Assembly: GCA_964577515.1 (NCBI GenBank)
Contig: CAZNZN010000001.1
Coordinates: forward strand, 876-64,875
Length of the DNA: 64,000 nucleotides
Origin: an uncultured Candidatus Saccharibacteria bacterium
GTDB lineage: Bacteria; Patescibacteriota; Minisyncoccia; Phycocordibacterales; UBA9973
Direction: 5' to 3'
The notes under the pieces are model-generated. The model did not search any database, was not told the DNA's origin, and saw nothing but the letters and a program-made list of their open reading frames with translations. Both the position numbers and the translations under genes were made by a program. Below are positions 18,246 to 27,168 of this stretch, piece by piece; position 1 is the stretch's first letter, and every line of letters begins with the position of its first letter.

Positions 18246-20387
18246 TTATGCTCGAGATTTGATGATGGTATCAGCCACATTTTGCGGCACGATATCATAT
18301 CGCAAGAATTCCATAGTAAATCCTGCGCGTCCTTCAGTCATAGATCGAAGGGTTGTCATGTATCCAAACATTTCAGAAAGTGGGACAACGGCGTTAACTA
18401 CTTGGTTCATACCGCGAGTCTCCATACCTTCGATAAGTCCACGACGTGACGAAAGTGATCCAGTAACATCTCCCATGAACTTATCAGGGGTGACCACTTC
18501 TACTTTCATCATCGGCTCAAGGATCACTGGGCGAGCAGCTTTTGCCGCATCTTGAAGTGCCATAGATGCTGCAATCTTAAAGGCCATTTCGTTTGAGTCC
18601 ACTTCGTGGAAGCTTCCGTCATAGAGGTCAACAGATACGTTTTCCATCTTAAATCCTGCAACCACTCCACGATCAAGTCCTTCTCGAAGCCCTTTTTCAA
18701 CAGCAGGGATGTATTCCCCTGGGATCGCCCCTCCTTTGATACTGTTCACAAACTCGAAGAATCCATCACGTTTAACGTTCTTTGGAAGATCTTTTGGATC
18801 AACACTGAGATCCATAGGTTTGATCTTGATCTTAACGTGACCATAGTTACCCTTACCTCCAGACTGCTTGATGTACTTTCCTTCTGCTTCTGCAGTACCA
18901 GTAATAGTCTCACGGTATGCCACTTGTGGCTTACCAACATTTGCTTCAACACCAAACTCACGCTTCATACGATCAACGATAATTTCAAGGTGAAGCTCTC
19001 CCATTCCTGCGATGATTGTTTCCTCTGTTTCAGGATCGGTTGATACTTTAAAGGTTGGATCTTCTTGTGCAAGACGATTGAGCGCAAGCCCCATTTTTTC
19101 TTGGTCTGCTTTTGTCTTTGGTTCAATACGAAGGTTGATCACTGGTTCTGGGAATTTGATACGATCAAGCATGATTGGTGTCTTCTCATCGCAGAGCGTA
19201 TCTGAAGTGTTAGTATCTTTGAGTCCTACCGCAGCAGCGATTTCTCCAGCAAAGACCTTCTTTACTTCCTCACGTTGGTCCGCTTGCATACGCACAATAC
19301 GACTCATACGCTCTTTGTTGCGTGTACGAGGGTTGTAAATATATGACCCTGCTTCAACAGTACCTGAATACACACGGAAGAAAACAAGCTGTCCAACGAA
19401 TGGGTCAGACATACTCTTAAATGCGAGCGCAGCAAATGGTGCCTTGTCATCTGCAGGACACGCTATGACTTCTTCTGTTTCTGGGTTGATAGCAGCTGCT
19501 GGTTTGATATCTGTTGGCGCTGGAAGATAGTCCACCACTGCGTCGAGCACGAGCTGTACTCCTTTGTTCTTAAGTGCACTTCCTGCATAAACTGGGAAGA
19601 TTTCGTTGGCAATCACCGCCTTTCGAAGTGTCTTTTTGAGATCTTCAAGAGATGGTTCGTTCCCTTCAAGGTATGCACTCATAAGCGCTTCGTCATTTTC
19701 AACGATACGCTCAATGAGCTCTGCACGATACTTAGTAGCATCTGCCATCATGTTCTCAGGGATTTCTTTTTCTACTACCTTGTTTCCCATATCACCTTCG
19801 AAGTAGTATGCCTTCATTTTAAGAAGATCTACCACCCCTTCGTGGTGATCCTCAAGTCCAATAGGAAGCTGTGCGCGCACCGCTTTCTTTGAGAGACGTT
19901 CGAGAATAGTTTTATATGAGTGCTCAAATGATGCACCAGTACGATCGAGTTTGTTCACAAAACAGATACGAGGAACATTTGCTTCATCAGCATAGCGCCA
20001 GTTGGTTTCAGACTGTGGTTCTACCCCTGCAACACCATCAAACACTACAACAGCACCGTCGAGCACACGAAGTGATCGTTTCACCTCAACGGTAAAGTCG
20101 ATGTGTCCTGGAGTGTCGATAATATTAAACCGAAAACGCTTACTTTTGTCTGCATTTGCATACGTCGGGATCCATGAACATGTCACCGCAGCTGAGGTAA
20201 TAGTAATACCACGCTCTCGTTCTTGTTCCATCCAGTCAGTGGTAGTCTCACCATCGTGCACTTCACCGATTTTGTGTGACATTCCTGTATAGAAAAGCAC
20301 ACGCTCTGAAGTTGTTGTTTTACCCGCATCAATGTGGGCGATAATTCCGAAGTTTCGTGTCTTATCAAGGGGAAATTCTCGTTCCAT
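18246..20387 (-). CDS. fusA: elongation factor G
   Basis: [10 protein letters not shown], 713 aa, five-domain EF-G. Confidence 0.95.
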   Translation of the reverse strand: MEREFPLDKTRNFGIIAHIDAGKTTTSERVLFYTGMSHKIGEVHDGETTTDWMEQERERGITITSAAVTCSWIPTYANADKSKRFRFNIIDTPGHIDFTVEVKRSLRVLDGAVVVFDGVAGVEPQSETNWRYADEANVPRICFVNKLDRTGASFEHSYKTILERLSKKAVRAQLPIGLEDHHEGVVDLLKMKAYYFEGDMGNKVVEKEIPENMMADATKYRAELIERIVENDEALMSAYLEGNEPSLEDLKKTLRKAVIANEIFPVYAGSALKNKGVQLVLDAVVDYLPAPTDIKPAAAINPETEEVIACPADDKAPFAALAFKSMSDPFVGQLVFFRVYSGTVEAGSYIYNPRTRNKERMSRIVRMQADQREEVKKVFAGEIAAAVGLKDTNTSDTLCDEKTPIMLDRIKFPEPVINLRIEPKTKADQEKMGLALNRLAQEDPTFKVSTDPETEETIIAGMGELHLEIIVDRMKREFGVEANVGKPQVAYRETITGTAEAEGKYIKQSGGKGNYGHVKIKIKPMDLSVDPKDLPKNVKRDGFFEFVNSIKGGAIPGEYIPAVEKGLREGLDRGVVAGFKMENVSVDLYDGSFHEVDSNEMAFKIAASMALQDAAKAARPVILEPMMKVEVVTPDKFMGDVTGSLSSRRGLIEGMETRGMNQVVNAVVPLSEMFGYMTTLRSMTEGRAGFTMEFLRYDIVPQNVADTIIKSRA

Positions 20388-20454
20388 AAATAAAATATGT
20401 ATTGTTTTGTGAATTCGATTAATAATGCCGCGTCAAACGCGGTCAGGTGAGGAT

Positions 20455-20483
20455 ACTATACGAAGAAAACAGCCTTTTTGCAA
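20455..20483 (-). promoter_or_regulatory. sigma70-like promoter for fusA
   Basis: On the minus strand: TTGCAA-N17-TATAGT, about 60 nt upstream of the fusA ATG. A GCCGCG/CGCGGT hairpin lies in the leader. Confidence 0.4.
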
Positions 20484-20489
20484 GAGCAG

Positions 20490-20522
20490 GAAAGCCCCCT
20501 CACTGCCAGAGGGGGCTTTTTT
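20490..20522. terminator. intrinsic terminator (first of a tandem pair) between rpsG and fusA
   Basis: AAA-AGCCCCCT-(9 nt)-AGGGGGCT-T6. Confidence 0.55.
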
Positions 20523-20566
20523 GAGAAAAAGAGGGGTACAGATAGAGACCTAATCGAGAGTATAAC

Positions 20567-20592
20567 AAAAAATCCCCGTTTGGGGATTTTTT
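20567..20592. terminator. intrinsic terminator (second of the tandem pair) just after rpsG
   Basis: A6-TCCCC-GTTT-GGGGA-T6. Confidence 0.55.
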
Positions 20593-20605
20593 GTTGGAGA
20601 GTTTT

Positions 20606-21076
20606 TTACCAAGCAAAGTGAGCAAATGCTTTGTTTGATTCTGCCATCTTGTGAGTATCTTTCTTTTTCTTGACAGCGTTTCCTTCTCCTTTCGCTGCTT
20701 GCATAAATTCTTCAGCAAGTGCATCAGCCATTTTCATACCTTTTCGGCCTCGAGCACTTTCGATGATCCATCGCATAGCAAGTGCAAGACGTCGCTCTGC
20801 ACGTACCTCTCGAGGGACCTGGTAGTTTGCACCACCAATACGTCGTGAACGAACCTCAACGAGTGGTCCAGCGTTTTTAAGTGCGTTATCAAAAACTTCA
20901 AGAGGATTTTCGGTACCTTCCTTTTCTTTTACAATATCAAGTGCTCCATATACTACAGCACGTGCAGTGTTTTTCTTTCCATCCCACATGATACAGTTGA
21001 TGAATTTTTCAAGCTGTTCTGAGCCGAACTTGATGTCAGGAGAAACAATATTTCGATTAGTTACTTTTCTTCGCAT
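20606..21076 (-). CDS. rpsG: 30S ribosomal protein S7
   Basis: S7 family (MWDGKKNTARAVVYGALD). Confidence 0.9.
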   Translation of the reverse strand: MRRKVTNRNIVSPDIKFGSEQLEKFINCIMWDGKKNTARAVVYGALDIVKEKEGTENPLEVFDNALKNAGPLVEVRSRRIGGANYQVPREVRAERRLALAMRWIIESARGRKGMKMADALAEEFMQAAKGEGNAVKKKKDTHKMAESNKAFAHFAW

Positions 21077-21094
21077 AGTATTATATAGATTCTA

Positions 21095-21514
21095 TTACGC
21101 TTTTGCTTTTGGACGCTTTGTTCCATAAAGTGAGCGACTCTTTCGACGCTTATCGAGCCCTTGTGTATCAAGACGACCGCGAACGATGTGGTATCGAACT
21201 CCAATCAAGTCTTTCACACGACCACCTCGGATCACTACCACTGAGTGTTCCTGAAGGTTGTGTCCTTCACCAGGAATGTAAGCAGTTACTTCTTGCCCAT
21301 TGGTAAGACGTACACGAGCGATTTTTCGAACCGCTGAGTTTGGTTTCTTTGGGGTGGTAGTAGTCACTTTCACACATACTCCTCGTTTAAATGGAGATGG
21401 GTAAAATACTGGTTTGTTATGAATATGGTTCATTCCACGAGAAAGTGCCACCGCTTTTGATTTTCGGGCAACCTTTGTTCGTGGTTTCTTTATAAGCTGA
21501 TTTATCGTAGCCAT
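21095..21514 (-). CDS. rpsL: 30S ribosomal protein S12
   Basis: [12 protein letters not shown]...[10 protein letters not shown]...[14 protein letters not shown]. Carries a ~13-aa insertion ([13 protein letters not shown]) before the KRGVC motif. Start trimmed. Confidence 0.9.
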   Translation of the reverse strand: MATINQLIKKPRTKVARKSKAVALSRGMNHIHNKPVFYPSPFKRGVCVKVTTTTPKKPNSAVRKIARVRLTNGQEVTAYIPGEGHNLQEHSVVVIRGGRVKDLIGVRYHIVRGRLDTQGLDKRRKSRSLYGTKRPKAKA

Positions 21515-21568
21515 TTGTCCCGCTATCCTACTATACAAACACCAACCGCGCAAGTACCCTCCCCTTTT

Positions 21569-22243
21569 TTAGAGAGAAATACCGGTAAAAAGGGTAAAAA
21601 GTGAAAAGGCAAGAGGTGCGACAAACTTCCACCCGAAAAACACAAAGACAACAAGGAGTGGGAGACTGTACTGCTCAAGGCGTTGCATACTCTTTGCAAA
21701 ACGCCATGGGACCACTGCACTCAAGAAACGAAACCCATCAAGTGGCGCAAGCGGAATAGCATTAAATAGCGCGAGGACAATATTGATAAGTACAACAATA
21801 CTTGCGATTTCAAACAGTGCTTGTGTTCCAAAACCCACTGCAGCAGCACCACGAATAACAAGCCCAACAAAAAGCGCGATACTGAGATTCACTACTATTC
21901 CTGCTATAGAAACTATAGCAACACTTTTACGGCCTCGTTTTAGGTTGTCAGGATTATATGGCACAGGCTTTGCCCATCCTACAACAAACCCAGCACCTGA
22001 GAGGATCAAGACGAGTGGTAAAATAACAGAACCAAACCATTCTATGTGTTTAAGCGGGTTCAGTGTGATACGCCCAAGCATCCGTGCGGTAGGATCGCCT
22101 TCTCGCTCTGCAGCTATCCCGTGGGCAACTTCATGCACAATAATAGAAATAATGAGTACCAAGAAATAAAAGATTGAAATTGGACCTGACATACCACCAC
22201 AGTATACTAGACCTCTAGAAAATCTCCTCCCAAAACCGAACAA
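21569..22243 (-). CDS. site-2 protease family (peptidase M50) membrane metalloprotease
   Basis: HEVAHG (HExxH) and NAIPLAPLDG motifs. Multiple TM helices. Confidence 0.75.
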   Translation of the reverse strand: MFGFGRRFSRGLVYCGGMSGPISIFYFLVLIISIIVHEVAHGIAAEREGDPTARMLGRITLNPLKHIEWFGSVILPLVLILSGAGFVVGWAKPVPYNPDNLKRGRKSVAIVSIAGIVVNLSIALFVGLVIRGAAAVGFGTQALFEIASIVVLINIVLALFNAIPLAPLDGFRFLSAVVPWRFAKSMQRLEQYSLPLLVVFVFFGWKFVAPLAFSLFTLFTGISL

Positions 22244-22289
22244 GCGCTCGTTTGCACTATTAAAAAGAGTATGTTACTATGCGACCACT

Positions 22290-22535
22290 ATGGCAAAGAC
22301 ATGCGTCGTAACAGAAAAATCATCTATTGTGGCAGGTGGCTACTCAAACCGCACTCGTGCAACCAAGTTTCAACCACTTCCTGCAAAGCGAACTTATGCA
22401 AACCTTCAAAAGAAGCGTGTATTCGTTCCTGAACTTAACAAAACAGTAGTACTCACTGTTTCAGCAAAAGGTCTCCGTACCATCAAGAAAAACGGTGCCT
22501 ACGCTACGCTTAAAAAAGCAGGAGCAATCAAATAA
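22290..22535 (+). CDS. rpmB: 50S ribosomal protein L28
   Basis: 81 aa (CVVTEK...VSAKGLRTIKKNG). Confidence 0.8.
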   Translation: MAKTCVVTEKSSIVAGGYSNRTRATKFQPLPAKRTYANLQKKRVFVPELNKTVVLTVSAKGLRTIKKNGAYATLKKAGAIK

Positions 22536-22540
22536 CACCA

Positions 22541-22566
22541 AACGCCACCGACAGGTGGTGTTTTTG
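22541..22566 (+). terminator. intrinsic terminator after rpmB
   Basis: CGCCACC-GACA-GGTGGTG-T5. Confidence 0.5.
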
Positions 22567-22600
22567 TTGATAACGGTATACAGTACAAGAAAAAAACAAC

Positions 22601-22759
22601 ATGGCAGCAAAATGTCCTTGGTGCAAAGAAGGAGTAGCTGAAGCACAAATAGCAGCACACAAGAAAACTTGCTCCTTCCGAAAACCTGTTCCCACAATCA
22701 CGGGGATTGATCGATCTCCTGTAAAAATGAATGCTAAAAAACCAAAAAAGGAGCACTGA
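22601..22759 (+). CDS. small CxxC...HxxxC zinc-ribbon-like protein (52 aa). Not in the ORF track.
   Basis: Own translation: MAAKCPWCKEGVAEAQIAAHKKTCSFRKPVPTITGIDRSPVKMNAKKPKKEH. Confidence 0.3.
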   Translation: MAAKCPWCKEGVAEAQIAAHKKTCSFRKPVPTITGIDRSPVKMNAKKPKKEH

Positions 22760-22799
22760 GCTCTTTTTTATTTTGTCTTATTTCGTTTATACTAAACCG

Positions 22800-23012
22800 A
22801 TGCATCGAGAAAAAAGAGTTCGCTCAATACTAAAAGCTATCACCTACCGTATCATCAGTATCATCCTCGACAGTACTATTGCTTACGCTATCACCCAAGA
22901 CACGCGACAAACAGTGCTCCTCGTCATTGTTTCAAACCTCATCAGTATCCTCGTCTATTTCATCCACGAACGCGCCTGGAACCGTATTCACTGGGGGAAA
23001 CACACACTCTAA
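22800..23012 (+). CDS. DUF2061-like small membrane protein
   Basis: YFIHERAWNRIHWGK C-terminal motif typical of DUF2061. Start trimmed to MHREKRV. Confidence 0.5.
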   Translation: MHREKRVRSILKAITYRIISIILDSTIAYAITQDTRQTVLLVIVSNLISILVYFIHERAWNRIHWGKHTL

Positions 23013-23017
23013 TATCT

Positions 23018-23875
23018 TTATTTCCTCCACCATTTTGTGCCGTCTGTTTCAAAAGTCACAGTACCTTCTGTTTGAGTAGAAACGTACGGTATAGAAAACT
23101 GCTTAAGTAACGTGAGCACCTCTTTATGAGGGTGTCCGTAGGAGTTGTCACGCCCTGCAGAGATAAGGGCAAGGTCCGGGGTTGCAACCTTGAGCAATGC
23201 TGCTGTTGTCGAAGTTCGTGAGCCATGGTGCCCAAGTTTCAAAATATCTATATCAAGATTTTTTGATTGTTTTTTTACTAAGTACTGTTCTATCGGTGCA
23301 GGAGAATCCCCTGTAAAAAGAATACTCCGCTCTCCAGAGGTAAACTTTCCTACAACAGAACCAGTATTTGTCTCCCAGTCATGCACATCACGATCAGGGA
23401 ACAACACTGTAAAAGTATCGGTATCAGAGAGTGCCACCTCCATTCCAGCCCGAGCAACATAGAGCGGTATACGCTTTTTTTGTACAAGTGTGAGTAATTG
23501 CTCGTATTCTTTTGTATCACCCCCAACACCCGAAACGAGCATCATCCCTATCTTGTATCGAGCAATAATCGAAGTGAGTCCACCAATATGATCCATGTCG
23601 GGATGCGTCGCGACGACAACATCAATGCTCCTATCTCCCCAAGGCATCGTTTGTGCAAGTGCCGCTAATGCTTTCGTATCTTTTCCTCCATCAATAAGCA
23701 TCTGTTTTCCGTTCTTTGCCTGTATAAAAAAACTATCCCCCTGCCCCACATCAAACATAGTTACTGTGGTGTATCGCAGAGTCTCCGCATGACGAGAAAC
23801 TACCACTAACACTGTTCCAAGCCCAAAAACAACGATGAGGAGAAGTGCTAAACGCACAGTTTTTGTATTTACCAC
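23018..23875 (-). CDS. ComEC-type metallo-beta-lactamase domain protein (stand-alone)
   Basis: N-terminal TM anchor, then an MBL fold (VATHPDMDHIGG, LKLGHHGSRTS, GHPH). Confidence 0.75.
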   Translation of the reverse strand: MVNTKTVRLALLLIVVFGLGTVLVVVSRHAETLRYTTVTMFDVGQGDSFFIQAKNGKQMLIDGGKDTKALAALAQTMPWGDRSIDVVVATHPDMDHIGGLTSIIARYKIGMMLVSGVGGDTKEYEQLLTLVQKKRIPLYVARAGMEVALSDTDTFTVLFPDRDVHDWETNTGSVVGKFTSGERSILFTGDSPAPIEQYLVKKQSKNLDIDILKLGHHGSRTSTTAALLKVATPDLALISAGRDNSYGHPHKEVLTLLKQFSIPYVSTQTEGTVTFETDGTKWWRK

Positions 23876-24033
23876 ATACCAAGTATACTATCTCTATTAT
23901 AAGGATTTACACTCTTATGAGAGTACCTTATGTTCCGAGGAAACCTTGGGAGGCGTGACTGACCCCGGACAGAGAAAATATTTAGCAAAATATTTTCGTG
24001 TTTTCACAGGAATATAAGTACGAGAATAGTATT

Positions 24034-24621
24034 ATGTTTACCGAACAATCATTCAACATCCCCTCATTACAAGGTATCAGTGCAAAAAACATCGAAGAAC
24101 ACCTCAAGCTCTACGCTGGGTATGTAAAAAATGCAAACACTATCGTTGAAAAAATGGCAACTATCGACAGCGAGAAAGATGCTTACGTACTTGGAGAACT
24201 CTTCCGTCGGTTTAGTTTCGAATACAACGGCATGCGAAACCATGAAATATATTTCTCTTCGTTTGAAGGGGGAGCAGCGCCACTTAACCCAGAGAGTGCC
24301 CTCGGCAAAACACTTCTTGGACTTTTTGGAAACTATGAAACATTTGTGAGAGAGTTCACCTCACTCGCCCTCACCCGCGGTATCGGGTGGGCAATGCTTT
24401 GGTACGACACAAAGACAGAAAAAATACTTGCATCGTGGGTAGATGAACAACACCTCGGACAACTTCAAGGATGCGCACCAATAGTCGCGCTCGATATGTG
24501 GGAGCATTCTTACGTTGCTGACTACCACCCTTCTGGCAAGAAACAGTACGTACAAGATTTTTTTGCAAACATCAACTGGACTAGCGCTGAAAAACGGTTC
24601 GAAGATGCAATAAAAAAGTAA
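24034..24621 (+). CDS. sod: Fe/Mn superoxide dismutase
   Basis: DMWEHSYVADY (D-x-WEH-x-YY signature), plus N-terminal helical and C-terminal domains. Start trimmed to MFTEQSF. Confidence 0.85.
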   Translation: MFTEQSFNIPSLQGISAKNIEEHLKLYAGYVKNANTIVEKMATIDSEKDAYVLGELFRRFSFEYNGMRNHEIYFSSFEGGAAPLNPESALGKTLLGLFGNYETFVREFTSLALTRGIGWAMLWYDTKTEKILASWVDEQHLGQLQGCAPIVALDMWEHSYVADYHPSGKKQYVQDFFANINWTSAEKRFEDAIKK

Positions 24622-26026
24622 GGATATCTTTTCGAAAACAAACAACCACAACAAATATATAGAACACCGAGACGCCCCAGCCAGAAATGACTGGGGTGTT
24701 CCACGATGGTGCCTTCGAAAAAAGAGTGAGCAGCTCTACTACTCCATTACCAAACAGTGAAACAATATCTCCGATAAGATTTGCGAGTGGTGAGAACCAA
24801 AACAACACTACTGTGAGCAATCCTCCGAACATAAGTATAGGAATGATTGGAACCATAACAATATTTGCAAGAGGAGTAATCAGAGGAAACATTCCTGAAA
24901 AATACATAGTATACGGCAGTGTAAACAATGGGAGCCCTACTGCAAGGAGTAGCGTTTCTTGGAGCTGTAGTTTTTGTGGTATCCAGTGAAACACCCCTTT
25001 CAAAAGGGGGAGGAACATAATGATAAACAGTGTCGCAAGAAATGATAAATGAAATCCAGGATCTACAAATACCGTCAACGGGTGGAAAAAGAAAAAGAAT
25101 AAAAATGCCACAAGCAATGCGCGAAGTGTATGGTACGTGTTGAGTGTTGCTCCGGCAAAAAGGGCAATACTCCCCATTATCCCCGCGCGGACAGCAGCAA
25201 CACCACTACCACTGACAACGACTAGTACTATCACCCCAAAAAATATCAGTATTGTTTTAGCACGAAACGGAAAGCGTCGAAACAAAAAACCAAGAAATCC
25301 TGCGAGTACTGTGATGTTGTACCCAGAAAGAACAAGTGTATGTAGTGTTCCTGTCTGACGGAAAAGATCTGAGATAAAGGATGGAATACCACCTTGAAAA
25401 CCGACAAGCATGCCCCCAACAATCCCATCTATAGGAAACCCTATGCGTTGCGCAAGCATTGCTGCAATCCACAATCGAACCTGTGTCGCGATGCGAACTA
25501 CTTCCCAGCGATACTCACGATTCTTTTCAGTAAGAGGTACTACTTGCGCACGATACATGACTGCATCTACTCCACGACTTTCGAGATAGCCGTCATAGTC
25601 AAACACTCGCCCTGTCTCTGTACTAAAATCTTCTGGTAAAGCAACAACACCCCGGAAAGAAATAGTATCCCCCGGGAGTACTCGTTGTTGTTCGAAAGTG
25701 CTGACCTGTATGCGCACTGTTGTGCCTGACGGAATAACAATAAGACTGGTCTTTTCGAGACGCGTATCAACACGAGCCACGACCCCGGTGAGCGCTTGAT
25801 TGCCAAGTGGTACTTCTAGAGTATCGACCACAGAAAACCGCAATGCGCCGACAAGGACACTTCCTGTAAGCGCGAGTGCCAACACCACCGATTTCTTTGA
25901 GCGGAACAACAAAACAAAAAGTGCACCCCAGAGTGCACCAAGTACTACCACTTCACCAAAAGAAAACCCGAGTACATGATACCCTACTGCACCAATGACA
26001 ACGCTGATGCAAAAAAGAATAAGCAC
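24581..26026 (-). CDS. comEC: ComEC/Rec2 DNA-uptake channel, membrane (DUF4131 + competence) domains only
   Basis: 481 aa and polytopic. Matches the ComEC competence domain pattern. Lacks an MBL domain. Confidence 0.75.
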   Translation of the reverse strand: MLILFCISVVIGAVGYHVLGFSFGEVVVLGALWGALFVLLFRSKKSVVLALALTGSVLVGALRFSVVDTLEVPLGNQALTGVVARVDTRLEKTSLIVIPSGTTVRIQVSTFEQQRVLPGDTISFRGVVALPEDFSTETGRVFDYDGYLESRGVDAVMYRAQVVPLTEKNREYRWEVVRIATQVRLWIAAMLAQRIGFPIDGIVGGMLVGFQGGIPSFISDLFRQTGTLHTLVLSGYNITVLAGFLGFLFRRFPFRAKTILIFFGVIVLVVVSGSGVAAVRAGIMGSIALFAGATLNTYHTLRALLVAFLFFFFFHPLTVFVDPGFHLSFLATLFIIMFLPLLKGVFHWIPQKLQLQETLLLAVGLPLFTLPYTMYFSGMFPLITPLANIVMVPIIPILMFGGLLTVVLFWFSPLANLIGDIVSLFGNGVVELLTLFSKAPSWNTPVISGWGVSVFYIFVVVVCFRKDILTFLLHLRTVFQR

Positions 26027-26044
26027 ACTAAAAGTGTAACAAAC

Positions 26045-26770
26045 TTACAGCAAACTACTGAGTGTATAGTCTTGCACGAGATCGGTCTCTTCTGCTTTTG
26101 AAAACACTTTTTTATATTTTGCGCCTTTTGCACCCTTCACACGCTTTTCACACGCAGCCCATGTCTTGTCGACATGCACTTTACCTCCAACAAAAGAAAC
26201 ATACGAATACGCTTCTTTACCTTTGTTTGCTGACGGTGCTTTTTTCGGAGCTGACTTTGGCGGTGTTTCAGCAAGTTGTGCAATATATTTGGTATATGTC
26301 CCTTTGAACAAAGGGATCTTTTTCCCTAGCGCATAGGCGACTGCAAGCTCATCACAACGATCATTGAACTCATGCCCGCTATGCCCTGCCACTTTTACTA
26401 AGTGCAAGTGACGCCCGAGTGTGTCACGAAATGTAAGCAATTTTTGCCAATACTGTTTGTTCTCAACAGGCTTCTTTGTTGTCGCTGCTATCCAGTTATT
26501 ACGCACCCACCCATCAAGCCAAGAGTGTATCCCGTTTAATACGTATGTTGAGTCTGCGTGTAGTACTACTGTGTACCCCTTATATTTTTTTATTGCGAGT
26601 GCAAGTGCTTGTACAACAGCCTCAAGTTCCATCTGATTGTTTGTTGCAGGATCTCGTGCACCGGCTATTTCAACCACCTCTTTATCAGTCATGAGCACAG
26701 CCGCCCATCCACCTTTTCCAGGATTCCCTCGTGACGCCCCGTCGGTATATACAATCAATTCTTTTGTCAT
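26045..26770 (-). CDS. rnhA: ribonuclease HI with a C-terminal hybrid-binding (Cauli_VI/HBD) domain
   Basis: VYTDGASRGNPGKGGW...TNNQMEL...DELA catalytic core. C-terminal YSYVSFVGGKVHVDKTWAACEKRVKGAKGAKYKKVF resembles the RNase H1 HBD. Confidence 0.75.
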   Translation of the reverse strand: MTKELIVYTDGASRGNPGKGGWAAVLMTDKEVVEIAGARDPATNNQMELEAVVQALALAIKKYKGYTVVLHADSTYVLNGIHSWLDGWVRNNWIAATTKKPVENKQYWQKLLTFRDTLGRHLHLVKVAGHSGHEFNDRCDELAVAYALGKKIPLFKGTYTKYIAQLAETPPKSAPKKAPSANKGKEAYSYVSFVGGKVHVDKTWAACEKRVKGAKGAKYKKVFSKAEETDLVQDYTLSSLL

Positions 26771-26808
26771 GTAGAAAGTATACCAAAACAAAAAAAACAC
26801 TGTTGTAA

Positions 26809-27129
26809 TCAACAGTATCCTTTATCTAAAACAATCAATAAATCCTGAATAACAAGCCTAAACTGCTCCCATTGTTCATTTTTTGACTGGTCGTTATACC
26901 GTGGATGTTCTTTGAACCAACACTCAATAACATCTATTGGTTCAAGAGATAGTGCTCCTGCATAAGCGGAAAGCCTTGCTAGTGTCATATGAGCATGACC
27001 TCTTTCTATTTTGGAAAGAAATGAGCTAGAAATTCCCATTAGCTTCGCAAAATCTTTTCCTCGGCGTAACCCTTTTTTGATTCTAAGAGAAACAAGAACA
27101 TCACCTATACTACAAAGGTTTTTTTCCAT
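26809..27129 (-). CDS. XRE-family HTH transcriptional regulator
   Basis: Cro/C1-type helix-turn-helix (FAKLMGISSSFLSKIERG). Confidence 0.65.
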   Translation of the reverse strand: MEKNLCSIGDVLVSLRIKKGLRRGKDFAKLMGISSSFLSKIERGHAHMTLARLSAYAGALSLEPIDVIECWFKEHPRYNDQSKNEQWEQFRLVIQDLLIVLDKGYC

Positions 27130-27168
27130 AGTTATTTTTTAAAAAGAATACTAATGATTTCTATTTTG

